Positions 27,432-37,870 are shown, counted from the first letter of the stretch. The stretch: DNA of 64,000 nucleotides from a virus (IMGVR_UViG_3300033405_000003), one strand, 5' to 3'. Numbers and translations are program-made. The notes: generated by a model not told the origin, from the sequence alone.

Positions 27432-28385
27432 TCAGTTGTTCTGCTGGTAGGCGTACTCGGCGATGTCGATCTGGCCGATGGTCGTCGCCCCGTTGCCAAC
27501 CGCGTACGCGCACCACATCGCGAGGAACGCATTGTTCGCCGGGAAGTTCGCGTTCACCACTTGCGTGACGCTCGCGCCGGTGGAGAGATTCGTGAGGACC
27601 ACGTTGATGCTCGCGCCGTTTGGGACCGCGGTGAGATCGAGCTGCCAGAGACTCGTCGTGTCGAGAGCCATCGTCGGGCCGAGGTCGAGCACCGTGGGCG
27701 GCGTAGCGCCGTTGCCGGTGGAGTGAATGAGCTGCCAGTTGCCGGCGAACACGCCGGGCGCCGCGGGCGTCTGCGTGAACCCGACGCCGATGGACGCGAT
27801 CGTGAGCTGCGTGGTCCAATCCTGCGCGGCGCCTACGCCGCTCTGGGCGATGAGGCCCGCGAGCATGCGGACGAGTGTGTTTGCCGGGGCAGCCTCGAAC
27901 CCGAACTTGAGGCGCATGTTGAACCCGCCGAGCCCCGCCGCATTGCCGCGCCACACGGTCAAGAACCCTGTCCCGTCGAAGACGCCGTTCGTCGTCGCGC
28001 CTGAGCCGATCGCGTTGCGGAACTTCATGCTCTTGGTCGACGTGAGCAGCGATCCTGCCGACGGGCCCGTGGCGACCACGCTGCCCGATTGGTCGAGGGT
28101 GCAGTTGCACATCCCCTCGATGAGCGTCGCGCCGTTCGTCGTGCCGCCCCAGTACTCGAAGCGGCCGAGCGTCTTCACCGGCGACGCGGCGAAGTTCGAG
28201 AGCGACTCGAGCGTGACGAAGTCGTTCAGGCCGGCTGGGTCTGCGCCGCGCACGTTGACGAAGGCGCTGTTCGTGGAGTTCTTCCCCTCGAGCGCCCCGG
28301 CGTTGTCGTTCCAGCCGGAGCCGCTCGGCCCTCCGATCTGGAAGAACGATGTGACGACGCCGGCTATGCGCGAGAAGAGGCTCAT
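27432..28385 (-). CDS. spike/adhesin paralog A (MSLFSRIAG family)
   Basis: Shared ~60 aa N-terminus, beta-rich head. Confidence 0.75.
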   Translation of the reverse strand: MSLFSRIAGVVTSFFQIGGPSGSGWNDNAGALEGKNSTNSAFVNVRGADPAGLNDFVTLESLSNFAASPVKTLGRFEYWGGTTNGATLIEGMCNCTLDQSGSVVATGPSAGSLLTSTKSMKFRNAIGSGATTNGVFDGTGFLTVWRGNAAGLGGFNMRLKFGFEAAPANTLVRMLAGLIAQSGVGAAQDWTTQLTIASIGVGFTQTPAAPGVFAGNWQLIHSTGNGATPPTVLDLGPTMALDTTSLWQLDLTAVPNGASINVVLTNLSTGASVTQVVNANFPANNAFLAMWCAYAVGNGATTIGQIDIAEYAYQQNN

Positions 28386-28389
28386 GGTT

Positions 28390-29352
28390 TCATCCGTCGA
28401 AGAGTTCGACGTAGAGGTTCGAGACTTCCCACTGCGTCGTGCCGCTCGTGCCCGCGGTGTCCGAGGCCGCGTGGATCGCCGGGACCATCAGCGTCGCCGC
28501 GGCGGGCTCGTCGACCGTGACGGTCCCGGAGGCCGTTGTGCCGAGCGTCAAGTCGTTCAGCGTCCACGTGATGTTCGCGCCGGCGCCCGCGCAGTAAAGG
28601 ATCAGCTCCATGTAGTCGTTGAGGTTGACCGGCATCCCCGTGTTCGTGAGGTTGTTCGCGGCGCCGTTGCACGCCGAGATGAGCCAGTTCGTCCCCGCCG
28701 GGACGCCGCCCGCGGCTGTCGCGGTGAAGCTCTGCACCGCCATGACGCGCGAGACGGTGGCGTCGACCGTGTAGTCGACGAAGCCGGGCGACCCGGCGAA
28801 GTTCCCCGCGCCGACGTGGAAGAAGATGGTCGCGCCGCTGATGAGGGACGTGAGCGCGAAGCGCAGGACGCATTTGAATCCGCCGACCCCGGGGGCGTTG
28901 CCGCGCCACATGTAGAAAGCGGTCGACCCTTCCCAGACGCCGAGCTGCGAGGTGTTGCCGGAGCTGACGGAGGTCCGGAGCCGGCGCGTCGCCGCGAGCT
29001 TGGTCGTCCCCGCGGGATTCGGCAGGGTCTCCGTTCCCGCGACCGATATCGTGCCGAAACCGGAGGCGGCGCCGGGCGCCGACGTCACGCCCGATCCGTT
29101 GAAGAAGATGACCTTGTGGTTCTGGAAGTTCGCGTAGGCGAGGCCCGCGACGAGCGGCTGGTTCTGCAGGTACTCGAGCGTGACGACGTCGTTCGCCCCC
29201 ACGGGGTCGGCCGCACGGAGGATCGCGAAGGCGCTGTTCGTCGAGTTCTTCGCCTCGAGCGCCCCTCCGTTGTTATTGATGCCGGCGCCGCCAGGCCCTC
29301 CGAATTGAAAGAAGGACGCGACGGCGCCGGCGATGCGCGAGAACAAGCTCAT
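28390..29352 (-). CDS. spike/adhesin paralog B
   Basis: Shared N-terminus; WRGNAxGxGGF shared with paralog A. Confidence 0.75.
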   Translation of the reverse strand: MSLFSRIAGAVASFFQFGGPGGAGINNNGGALEAKNSTNSAFAILRAADPVGANDVVTLEYLQNQPLVAGLAYANFQNHKVIFFNGSGVTSAPGAASGFGTISVAGTETLPNPAGTTKLAATRRLRTSVSSGNTSQLGVWEGSTAFYMWRGNAPGVGGFKCVLRFALTSLISGATIFFHVGAGNFAGSPGFVDYTVDATVSRVMAVQSFTATAAGGVPAGTNWLISACNGAANNLTNTGMPVNLNDYMELILYCAGAGANITWTLNDLTLGTTASGTVTVDEPAAATLMVPAIHAASDTAGTSGTTQWEVSNLYVELFDG

Positions 29353-29374
29353 CGTCTGGCCGGTGGCTCCATCG

Positions 29375-30190
29375 TCACGGGTTCGGGGTCGCGACGTACT
29401 GGACCGTCACGGTGGCGGTGCCCGCCACCGGGGCCCCCGCGATCGTGACCTGCACGACGCTCGTGGCGTTGTTGTTCGTCACCTGCGGCGCGTCATACGT
29501 GGCGACGACCTGCGGATCGTTGTCCGTCGCCGACATCATGAGGTTCGGGATCGTGGTCGATCCGATCTGGATCGTGGCGCCCGGCGAGTAGGCCGTCGTC
29601 ACGTTGAGCGTGGCGCGCAGGATGGTAGCTCCGACAGGGATGCTCGTCACCGAGTCGGTGGTGGCAGCGGTCGCAACCCCGAACTGGATCACCTGCACCG
29701 CACCGGGCGTCGCCGTTGCGGGATTCACCCATGCGGTGCCGTTCCAGATGTAGTTCTGGAACGCAGTGAACGAGATGGTCCCGCCCGAGAAGTTCGCGTT
29801 CGGGACGATTTCTCCGCCCGACGGTGCCGGGATCACCGTGGCAGTGCCCACTCCCGTACCGTTGTCCCAGACGAGGTCTCCGATCGACGCGGTCGCGCCC
29901 GTGGTCGTCACGACGTAAAAGTGCTCGGCGGCGCTGTTGGCCGGGAGGGCGGTCCCGCCGTTGAACTGCGCTGAGACGATGATCGGCGTGAAGTTCGTGT
30001 CGACGTACTGCTTGGTCGTGAGATCCTTCGGCACGACTGGCGCGGCGCCGCGCACGTTGACGTCCGTGGTGTTCGTCGGGTCCTTGGCTTCGATGGCCGT
30101 GGCACCGACGTCGGCCCAGCCCGCTCCGCCGGGACCCCCGATCTGGAAGAACTGCGACATCGTGCCGGCGAGGCGTGAGAAGAGGCCCAT
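29375..30190 (-). CDS. spike/adhesin paralog C
   Basis: MGLFSRLAG...DLTTKQYVD; C-terminal domain similar to that of 30212..32020. Confidence 0.75.
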   Translation of the reverse strand: MGLFSRLAGTMSQFFQIGGPGGAGWADVGATAIEAKDPTNTTDVNVRGAAPVVPKDLTTKQYVDTNFTPIIVSAQFNGGTALPANSAAEHFYVVTTTGATASIGDLVWDNGTGVGTATVIPAPSGGEIVPNANFSGGTISFTAFQNYIWNGTAWVNPATATPGAVQVIQFGVATAATTDSVTSIPVGATILRATLNVTTAYSPGATIQIGSTTIPNLMMSATDNDPQVVATYDAPQVTNNNATSVVQVTIAGAPVAGTATVTVQYVATPNP

Positions 30191-30211
30191 GATTTTTCTC
30201 TTTTCTTGAGG

Positions 30212-32020
30212 TTAGGTGGTTCTGATTTCGTAGTAGAGGACCCCGGTGCCCTGCGTGGACGCCCCGGGGCTGATCGTGATCTGGAGCTTGTCGTTGGCCG
30301 GGATGGTCACCATGTCCGGCTTGTCGTAGGTGTTCGCCGCGGCCGGATCCGAGTCCCCGGCGCCCATGATGAGATTCGGGGTCGCCGATGTGCCGAAGAG
30401 CACCGTCGCGGCCGGGTCGTTGAACGGAGTCGCGATCTGGATCTGCGCCCGCGTGACGATCGACCCGGTGTTGACCGGGATGAGGATGAGCGGCGAGGCC
30501 GTGTTGAACGCGAAGCCGACCGACAAGGCGATCGTCGTGAGGCCGTTGCGTTCGGTCGTGTACGTGCCGGTCAGCGCCGGGAGCGACGGGGGCGTCGCCG
30601 TGGGGAAGAAGAAGTCCGCCGACGAGTCGTCGTACTCGAAGAGGACGTCTCCCGCTCCCTCGGCGTAGTTCGGGAAGACGTCGGAGTTGTTGTAGGCGGC
30701 GACCTGAAAGTTGCCGCCGGCCGCGACAGTGACGGGCGGAACGGTGATGTCGTTGAATCCCTGACCTGCGATGATCGCGCCGTTGTCGCACTGGATGAGG
30801 ACGGTCTGGCCCGCCGCGACTTGGATGCCTGGTTGCGTTGCTGTCGTCGCCTGCGAGAGGTAACCAAACTGCCAGAGCATGAGGAATCCGCCGTTCGGCG
30901 TCCCCGTCCACGAGAGGGATTTGGTCGCGCTCTGGCAGTTCATGCGCAGCTCGAGGTCGGTCACCTGGTAGAGGTTCGAGAGGGTCGCGCCATCCTCGAT
31001 CTCGAGCACGGAGAAATTGATCGCGTCGATCTTGAACGGCCTCAGCTCGACGCGCCCGAAGCACTCCGTGACCCCCGATGCGCCGGGAACGAGCGCGGGC
31101 GACACGATGCTGTCGTCGACGTAGACGATGCACTTGCCGTGGGCCCGGGCAATGAAGCTCTGCACCTCGGCCCAAGTCGCCACCGTGTCCCCGGACGAAA
31201 CGCCGCCCGGTTGGTAAATGATCGCTCCTAAGATCAGGACGGAGCCCGACGCCAGCTCGTCAAGGGCCTGCGCAACTTGGGTGGGCGGCACGGCCCAGTT
31301 CGCGGGGACTGCTGGCGCGTATTCGACGAAGGGGGCCTCGTCGAGCGCGAAGTTCGTCGTCGAGCCCGCAAAGCCGGGGTTTGTGGGGACCGCGCCGATC
31401 GATGCGTCGTATTGGAAAATCGCGCTGGTGCCCGCGATGCCGGTGACGACGTTGTCCCCGGTGTACCCGCCTCCCGTGACGGAATAGAGGACGGCTTGCG
31501 CACCGGCCGCGGGCATGTCCACGAGCGGTCCCGCGCCCGCGCCCGTGTTCGAGAACGTGCTGTTCTCGCAGAGCATGATGACGAGGAATCCGCCTGCGCC
31601 GAGGCGGCAAACGGGTTGCGTTCCCGTGTTCTCGATGACGGCCCCGTCGTGGCATGTCAACACGCGGTCGTTCGTGAACTGCAAGTTCGGCTGCGTCGTT
31701 CCCTGCGTCTTGACGGTCAGGAGCCCGTCGATCCGCCGCACGTCTTTGAGAATCGCGCCGTCGGGCAGCACGAGCGTGCATGTCGACGGCTTCTCGTGCT
31801 GGAACGCGCTCGTGAACGTGACACGGCTCTCGCAGTCGGTGGTGCCGACGTCGGCCGTGGCCGGGGCGATCGAGTCGTCCACGAGGACGGTGACCGCGCC
31901 CTGTCTCGCCGCAATGAACTTTTGGACCGCCGACCACTTCGTGACGATGAGCCCGCTGGGCGTACCGCCGGGCTGGTAGATGATCGAGGGAGAGCGCGCG
32001 AGGATCGCATCGAAGCTCAC
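30212..32020 (-). CDS. fibre-family protein with two N-modules and a beta-sandwich tail
   Basis: (V/M)SFDAILARSPSIIYQPGG; second IIYQPGG module. Confidence 0.75.
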   Translation of the reverse strand: MSFDAILARSPSIIYQPGGTPSGLIVTKWSAVQKFIAARQGAVTVLVDDSIAPATADVGTTDCESRVTFTSAFQHEKPSTCTLVLPDGAILKDVRRIDGLLTVKTQGTTQPNLQFTNDRVLTCHDGAVIENTGTQPVCRLGAGGFLVIMLCENSTFSNTGAGAGPLVDMPAAGAQAVLYSVTGGGYTGDNVVTGIAGTSAIFQYDASIGAVPTNPGFAGSTTNFALDEAPFVEYAPAVPANWAVPPTQVAQALDELASGSVLILGAIIYQPGGVSSGDTVATWAEVQSFIARAHGKCIVYVDDSIVSPALVPGASGVTECFGRVELRPFKIDAINFSVLEIEDGATLSNLYQVTDLELRMNCQSATKSLSWTGTPNGGFLMLWQFGYLSQATTATQPGIQVAAGQTVLIQCDNGAIIAGQGFNDITVPPVTVAAGGNFQVAAYNNSDVFPNYAEGAGDVLFEYDDSSADFFFPTATPPSLPALTGTYTTERNGLTTIALSVGFAFNTASPLILIPVNTGSIVTRAQIQIATPFNDPAATVLFGTSATPNLIMGAGDSDPAAANTYDKPDMVTIPANDKLQITISPGASTQGTGVLYYEIRTT

Positions 32021-32023
32021 GGG

Positions 32024-33706
32024 CTACACCACCGCCCACTCGTTGTTCGCGTCGAAGTTCTTCTCGAAGGTGATCGAGCCCTTCGGCCCTGGCGTCGCGA
32101 GGTTCATGATGAAGCTCGGGGCGCCGTCGATGGTCTTTCCCGTCGACCCGGTGACGATGAAGTCGAAGCTCGCGAGCGAGCCATCCTCGTCCTTGACCGT
32201 GACCTTCGCGCCGGGCGGGAACGTGTCCTGGAGCTGCACGGGGATGTCGCCCTTCGCGCCCGAGATCCCGACGTACCACTCGCCCGCGGCGATGGGTGTG
32301 AACTGGGGTGCCGTGACGGGCGTGTTGACCGACTCTATGCCGAAGTCCTCGACGTGGTTCGCGTTCGACGGGCCGTTGGCGTTGCCCGCGAGCGTGATGA
32401 CGAGCGAGCCCGCCGGCGTCGCGACCCAGTGGTTTGGCGCGTTCGCCGTGAAGACGGGGACCGATCCGATCGCTGGCGCGCTCATCGAGGCGGGGTCGAG
32501 CGGCACGCCTTCCCAGGCCACGACCTTGGTGAGCCCGGCGTCCGTGATGGTCACGTCGCCGGTGAACGGGAGCGCGGACCACTTGTTGGTTCCGATGTTG
32601 TAGATCGGGATCGTCGCGTCCGCGGGCGCGACGAAGTTGCCGGGGCCGGCCTGCGTGAGCGGCACGTGGGACCACGCGACGACGTCGTTGGCGTTCGACG
32701 GGCCGGTGACGTCGCCGTTCAGCGTGATGATTGCGCCCGGCGTGAGCGTCGTGACGCCCGCGTCATTCATCGTGATGGCGCCGGAGAGCGCGAACGTCCG
32801 CCACTCGTTCAGCCCGGCGTCGTAGATCGGGATCGCCGCGTCGACCGGCGCGCCGAAGCCCGGCGCCGCGCCGAGCAGGAGCGGGACGTTGTCCCATTTG
32901 ATGACGGTGTTCGCGTTCGACGGCCCGATGACGTCGCCGTTCAGCACCACGACGCCGCCCGCCGTCACTGCCACCGAGTACGTGATCGCGGTGAGCGTCG
33001 TCGAGATCCCGCCCTTGGTGTTGTTCGTGACACTCACGAAATAGCGGGTCGCAGCCGGGAGCTGGATCCCGCGGAACACGGACGCGATGTCCTCGTCCTG
33101 GCCCGTCATGTTCACGGAGACGACGACGGCCTGCACGCTGCCGGGGCCGCAGTCTGCGACGACCTCCACCGTGACGGGGGGCAAGTTCGTTTGGTCGATC
33201 GCGACGTCCATGAACTGCGCGTAGCCGTTGAAGAGCGGCAGCGTGCCCGTCGCGCCGCCGGCGAGCCCGAACGTCATCCCGAAGTTCTGGTCCGCCACCG
33301 TGTCGAACTTGTTGACCGCCGCGATCGTCGCTGTGACCGGGTTGCGCGGCGACGTCGCGAAGCTCCCCGAGAGGTCGATGACCGTGAGGGTGTACGCCGT
33401 GCCGCCGGCATCGATCTGCTCCGTCTGCCCCGCCCCGCCGCTCCCGCCCGACAGGGGTCCGAGGCCCGTGTCGAAGTCGATGATGGACGGCGTATCCGAG
33501 CCCAGGATCTTCTTCTGCGCCACGCGCGTCCGGAACCCGCCGACGGTCGCGTAGAGCGCGAACTCGAGCGGGCCTCCCGCGCCGCCCGTGCCTCCCTCTA
33601 CGTAGACCGTGAGGATGTCCAGGGGCGACCCCGGCGCGATCGCGACGACGTCCTGCTCGGCTCCGGCGACCGGAGTGACTGTTCCCGTGTTGAAAGTGAC
33701 CGCCAT
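32024..33706 (-). CDS. fibre protein with LNGDVxGPSNAN shaft repeats
   Basis: Three GPSNAN repeats; C-terminal VKDEDG...KTIDG domain typical of phage fibres. Confidence 0.75.
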   Translation of the reverse strand: MAVTFNTGTVTPVAGAEQDVVAIAPGSPLDILTVYVEGGTGGAGGPLEFALYATVGGFRTRVAQKKILGSDTPSIIDFDTGLGPLSGGSGGAGQTEQIDAGGTAYTLTVIDLSGSFATSPRNPVTATIAAVNKFDTVADQNFGMTFGLAGGATGTLPLFNGYAQFMDVAIDQTNLPPVTVEVVADCGPGSVQAVVVSVNMTGQDEDIASVFRGIQLPAATRYFVSVTNNTKGGISTTLTAITYSVAVTAGGVVVLNGDVIGPSNANTVIKWDNVPLLLGAAPGFGAPVDAAIPIYDAGLNEWRTFALSGAITMNDAGVTTLTPGAIITLNGDVTGPSNANDVVAWSHVPLTQAGPGNFVAPADATIPIYNIGTNKWSALPFTGDVTITDAGLTKVVAWEGVPLDPASMSAPAIGSVPVFTANAPNHWVATPAGSLVITLAGNANGPSNANHVEDFGIESVNTPVTAPQFTPIAAGEWYVGISGAKGDIPVQLQDTFPPGAKVTVKDEDGSLASFDFIVTGSTGKTIDGAPSFIMNLATPGPKGSITFEKNFDANNEWAVV

Positions 33707-33897
33707 GGTGAGCTATCTCCGTTCGAGAAACGGCGGGGGCGCTCGCGCGCGTCCCGCGGACTTCGGAAGGAGACGCGCTGCACCTATTCAGCCCGTCTTC
33801 GTCGCTGCTGGTGACTCGTCGTCACGCCATCAAAAACACCTCGCAGTGAGGATACCATCCTCGGCGTCGTCGCTCGACTTCGCCGAATTCTTTTCCG

Positions 33898-36126
33898 TCA
33901 CGGCGGGTCGAAGTACCGCTCGACGTGGAACCCGAGCTGCCACGCCCCGGGCATGTGCGTGAGGCCCTCTGCGGCTCTCTTCGCGGTTTCCCACCCGAGG
34001 GACGGGTCGAGGTCGAGGCCCGTGTGGGGCGGCGGCGGGGGCGGGCGTGGGAGCGGGTAGTGGCCGCCAGGCAGCGGCGTCGCGTATTTGCACACGTTGT
34101 CGATCGGGTCCCAGTAGTACCCTTGCGGGCAGCCGCGCGATAGCGGCCCGTAGTCGGGGTGGGGATCGACGGGCGGCGCGGCTTGGCCGACGTGGACGTC
34201 GGGAACCTGCGGGAAGCACCAGTTCTTCGGCGAGCCTCGGACGTGTCCCATCCCCTGCGGGCACGGCGGGAAGTCCCAGTCCGTACACACGAACGTCCCA
34301 AGCTCGCTCGTGAAACCCGCGAGGCACGCGGATTTTCTCCTGTACGCGCAGGCGATCTGGTGATCGGTTGCAACGAGATCGTACCCCTCTGGGCAGGAGA
34401 GGCCTGTGAGGTGGGCTCCGTGGCCAGTCCCGAGACCGTAGCGCGGCGCGAGGAAGAGGTGCACGAACGCGGCGAGGTCGGAGTGCGGGTCGCCGCGTGT
34501 GATGATCTGCCCGACGGCGTCGTCCCATGCCCCGTGCGTCGCGACGGGGCCTGCCGCGGGCGCGGCTGCGGGCTTGGCGCTCGCGGGCGGGGCGTTCGGC
34601 ACCGTCCCGGCCTGCGTGCCGGAGATGTGCCCGATCCCCATGCCGAGGAGCGCGATGTTGATGATCCGCGGGTCCGCGAACTGCGCGTACGCCGAGAGGA
34701 TCTTCGCGAGGCCCGCGAGCGAGGGCATGTCGAGGAACTTGCCCGCGAGGTAGCCCTGGGTGAAGACGTGGCCCGCGGTCCCGCTCTGCCCGCCCGGGCC
34801 GCCGAGCACGACGCCGATGGCCTGCGCCTCGGCGTCGCCGATCTTGCCGAAGCTCTGGGCCTTCTTCGCCACCTCCGACCAGATCTGCCCGAAGTCGAGC
34901 TTCTTCTGTTGGCCGGCGATGACGCTCTTGGCGATGCTGCTCACGGTGCCGCCGAGCGCCTGCATCGCGCCCTGCGGGATGTTGATCCCCGCCGCGCCCA
35001 TGCCCTTGCTCGCGGCGCTCACCGAGGCCTGGATGAGCGCGGGGCCGAGGTTCGCGAGCGCCGCGCCGAAGTCGCCGGCGTGGAGGGCCGTGTCCGTCGC
35101 GTTGATGGCCGCGACGATGAACGGCGTCGCGATCCCGAGCGGCACGCCGACGATCGCGCCGATGCCCGTCGCGTCGAGCACCGCCGAGATCACGGCGAGG
35201 ATGGCGCCCGTGATGGAGCCGATCACGCCGGTGCCGGCGACGTCCTTGTCCCACGTGAACTGCTCGTTGCCCCAGTCGCCCGCGCTCCCCGAGTCCATGT
35301 CGGAGATCCACGGATATTGAGATTTGAGCGCTTGCTTCTTCTGCTTCGTCGTCCACCCTGGGTGTTCGCGCTCGACCTTGATCTTCTTCGGGTCGTCCGC
35401 CTCGCGCGTGTGGACGTCGTCGAGCCCGGCGGCCTTGCCGGCGTCGCTCTGGTCGCCCTGCCCCCAGGCCCACCAGCGCACGTTGTTCGGGTTCAGCGCC
35501 GCGGGGATACTCATCCCCGGGTACGTGATCCGCTTCATCTTGTCGTTGTCGTAGTAGTAGATGACGACCGGGTTGGTGTCGTACGACGAGCGCGGGAGCG
35601 GGCCGAGCTTCGTCCGGTGCGCGATGGCCTGCTGCACGGCCTTGTTCATCTCGGCCCATGACATCCCGGTGCCGTGGCAGCTCCAGACTTTGTCCTTCCG
35701 GTTCTCGTAGGCCGCGATGAGGTGGAGCGGGTCGTGGTCCTCTTTGGTCTTCACGCCGAAGCAGCGCTTGACCGCCTCGTTGTCCGACCAATAGCGCAGC
35801 GGGTCGTCGTGGTAGTAGTCGTAGAGGACCATGCGCGCCTGGTCGCGCTTGCTGGCCTTCGGGTCGAAGCTCACGACGACGTCGGCCGGCCGCGGCGGCT
35901 GGGCCCAGCCGGCGAGCGTCCCGGACTGGAAGACCAGGGCGATCGGGCGCGGCGGCTCGGGGCGGGCGTGGCGGCAGACGAACTCGTGCGCGATCGCCTC
36001 CACCATGTCGAAGAGCTGCTCGAGCGTGCAACTGAGGATGTGCTCGTGCAGGTGCCAGGGGAATTCCCCCGAGGGCTGGGCGCCCTCGTAGAACTCACCG
36101 AGCGGGTGGCCGTAGTAACCGTACAT
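33898..36126 (-). CDS. large membrane-associated protein (possible DNA-delivery/entry protein) with C-terminal two-Cys modules
   Basis: Central long hydrophobic Ala/Gly hairpin; CPxG...C repeats. Confidence 0.7.
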   Translation of the reverse strand: MYGYYGHPLGEFYEGAQPSGEFPWHLHEHILSCTLEQLFDMVEAIAHEFVCRHARPEPPRPIALVFQSGTLAGWAQPPRPADVVVSFDPKASKRDQARMVLYDYYHDDPLRYWSDNEAVKRCFGVKTKEDHDPLHLIAAYENRKDKVWSCHGTGMSWAEMNKAVQQAIAHRTKLGPLPRSSYDTNPVVIYYYDNDKMKRITYPGMSIPAALNPNNVRWWAWGQGDQSDAGKAAGLDDVHTREADDPKKIKVEREHPGWTTKQKKQALKSQYPWISDMDSGSAGDWGNEQFTWDKDVAGTGVIGSITGAILAVISAVLDATGIGAIVGVPLGIATPFIVAAINATDTALHAGDFGAALANLGPALIQASVSAASKGMGAAGINIPQGAMQALGGTVSSIAKSVIAGQQKKLDFGQIWSEVAKKAQSFGKIGDAEAQAIGVVLGGPGGQSGTAGHVFTQGYLAGKFLDMPSLAGLAKILSAYAQFADPRIINIALLGMGIGHISGTQAGTVPNAPPASAKPAAAPAAGPVATHGAWDDAVGQIITRGDPHSDLAAFVHLFLAPRYGLGTGHGAHLTGLSCPEGYDLVATDHQIACAYRRKSACLAGFTSELGTFVCTDWDFPPCPQGMGHVRGSPKNWCFPQVPDVHVGQAAPPVDPHPDYGPLSRGCPQGYYWDPIDNVCKYATPLPGGHYPLPRPPPPPPHTGLDLDPSLGWETAKRAAEGLTHMPGAWQLGFHVERYFDPP

Positions 36127-36132
36127 GCTCGA

Positions 36133-37308
36133 TCACCAGGGACCGAACGTGTAGGGGTCCGCCCACGAGCCGTACCAACCGAAGAACGGGTCGGGGAAAT
36201 ACCCGGGACCGCCCGTCGTCGCGGTCGCGCCGCTCTTCGGGGCTGTCGCCGCCGCGGCCTGCGGGAACCCGGCAGCCTTGAGGGCCCTCGAGAGGCCCGT
36301 GAGCGTCCTCGGGTCGTTCTCCGAGATCGCCCTGTCGATCACCGCCTGCGCGGCCTGCCCGAGCTTGATCGTCTCGGTCGCCCAGCCGGGGGAGCCTGCC
36401 CCCGTCGCGTGGTCGCCGGCGTGGCCAAACCATGACCCGATGTCGTGGAGCAGGGAACCGCTCTCGCTCGTCAGCCGGACGAGCATGTCGTGCGTCTTGT
36501 CGTCCATCTTGCCGGTCGTGGGCAGGCCGAGCGCCTGCTGGAATTCCGTGATGGCGCCGATGGTCTTCGGACCCATGATCCCGTCCTCGTCGAGGATGTG
36601 GCCCTTGAAGTACGCGTTGAGGAGCTGCTGCGCCTTCTTCACGCCCTCGTCGGGGCCCGTCGACGCGGTCGACGCTGGACCTCCGAACGTCTTCGAGATC
36701 ATGTTCGCGGCGTCGGCGATGACAGTCGGCTTCGCGGCGGGCTTCGTCTGCCCGCCGGGGTGCGCGCGCCCGGCGCGCGCGAAGAGCGTCCCCAGCGCGG
36801 AGATGAGCCGCGCGTCCGGGTAGCCCGTCGCCGGGAGGCCGGCCTGCTGCTGCACCTGTTTAACGATCTGCTGCATCTCCGGGCTGATGATCCCGTCGGC
36901 GCGGAGACTGGTACCGAACACTGCGTTGATCTGCCGCGCGGCCTCGCGCACCATCTCCGGCGTCACGGTGAGCGGCGGCGCGACAGGGCCGCCGCGGGGC
37001 AGGATCGGGCGACGCGGGATCTGCGCGGTCATGCTTGGCACCTGCGTGGGCCTCCTCGGGCCGAGCGTCGGGGGAGGCTGCGGGACGCGGCGCGCGGGCG
37101 GCGCGGCCCGCCTGTCCTCGTGCGCCTCCGGCGTCGTCCTTTCGGGGAGCGCCGGCGCCTCCTCGTCTCCCCTCGACGTGAGCTTGTGCTTGATGCGGTC
37201 GTACCACGACTCGCCCGGCTTCGAGATCATGTGGTTGACCGCCACGATCCCGACGCCCGTGGCGACGATGCCGAGTGCGACCGCCGCGGGGCCTGCGTTG
37301 TCACTCAT
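36133..37308 (-). CDS. N-anchored protein with two PG-binding domains
   Basis: ADGIISPE...GLPATG and EDGIMGPKT...FQQALGLPTTGKMD. Confidence 0.85.
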   Translation of the reverse strand: MSDNAGPAAVALGIVATGVGIVAVNHMISKPGESWYDRIKHKLTSRGDEEAPALPERTTPEAHEDRRAAPPARRVPQPPPTLGPRRPTQVPSMTAQIPRRPILPRGGPVAPPLTVTPEMVREAARQINAVFGTSLRADGIISPEMQQIVKQVQQQAGLPATGYPDARLISALGTLFARAGRAHPGGQTKPAAKPTVIADAANMISKTFGGPASTASTGPDEGVKKAQQLLNAYFKGHILDEDGIMGPKTIGAITEFQQALGLPTTGKMDDKTHDMLVRLTSESGSLLHDIGSWFGHAGDHATGAGSPGWATETIKLGQAAQAVIDRAISENDPRTLTGLSRALKAAGFPQAAAATAPKSGATATTGGPGYFPDPFFGWYGSWADPYTFGPW

Positions 37309-37496
37309 CGGCGTTCTCCGTCCATGCGTTCATGACCGCTCACCTTGAAACCTGGGCCGAACTTCCGTCTTGCCTGCGCGAGCCACGACTCGCCTGGCCT
37401 CGACGCGGCGTGGTTCATGAGCACGATCCCGGCGCCAACCACAAGGATGGCCAGCACGAGCGGCGCTGCGCTGGTGCTCTCGTCGTCGTCCGGCAT
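37305..37496 (-). CDS. small TM protein, paralog of the 36133..37308 N-terminus
   Basis: GIVxxNHxxSxPGESW shared. Confidence 0.7.
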   Translation of the reverse strand: MPDDDESTSAAPLVLAILVVGAGIVLMNHAASRPGESWLAQARRKFGPGFKVSGHERMDGERR

Positions 37497-37870
37497 CAGA
37501 ACCTCCCGTGGTGAAAACCATGCCCGAACCCGCGACCGTGCTCGTGGCCATGGCCGAACCAATGCTCGTGCGGGTGCGCTCCCCAACGACCCCAGTAGTA
37601 GGAGGGCGGGTACGCCGGGTAGTAGAACCGGCGCGAGTACCCCATCATCGCGGGCAACAACGTGGCTCCTGGAACGACTCCGCGCGTCGGCCTCGCCGCC
37701 CGCTGCGGCGCCTCTCGGGAAGGCGCTGTCCCGCCGCCGGCGAGGCTCCGGAGGAACGACGACGCGAGCGATCGGTCGCCTCGCACGAGGTAGTCGATCG
37801 CGAGCGCGCCCCCGCCGAGCCCGACGGCGCTCAGGGCGGGGTGCTTCTTCATCTTGTCGACGATGGACAT
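37496..37870 (-). CDS. small TM protein with Y/W/H/G tail
   Basis: TM then FGHGHEHGRGFGHG. Confidence 0.75.
   Translation of the reverse strand: MSIVDKMKKHPALSAVGLGGGALAIDYLVRGDRSLASSFLRSLAGGGTAPSREAPQRAARPTRGVVPGATLLPAMMGYSRRFYYPAYPPSYYWGRWGAHPHEHWFGHGHEHGRGFGHGFHHGRF

Noticed and set aside
20850-33706. Contractile injection system or tailed-phage tail operon
   Set aside because: No sheath, tube, baseplate or tape-measure signatures recognised; only fibre-like genes
31277-33814. Long plus-strand ORFs opposite the minus-strand genes (also 42621..45446, 12800..14389) and minus 59277..61328
   Set aside because: Arg/Ala-rich shadow frames expected at high GC; the opposite strand carries the motifs and RBSs
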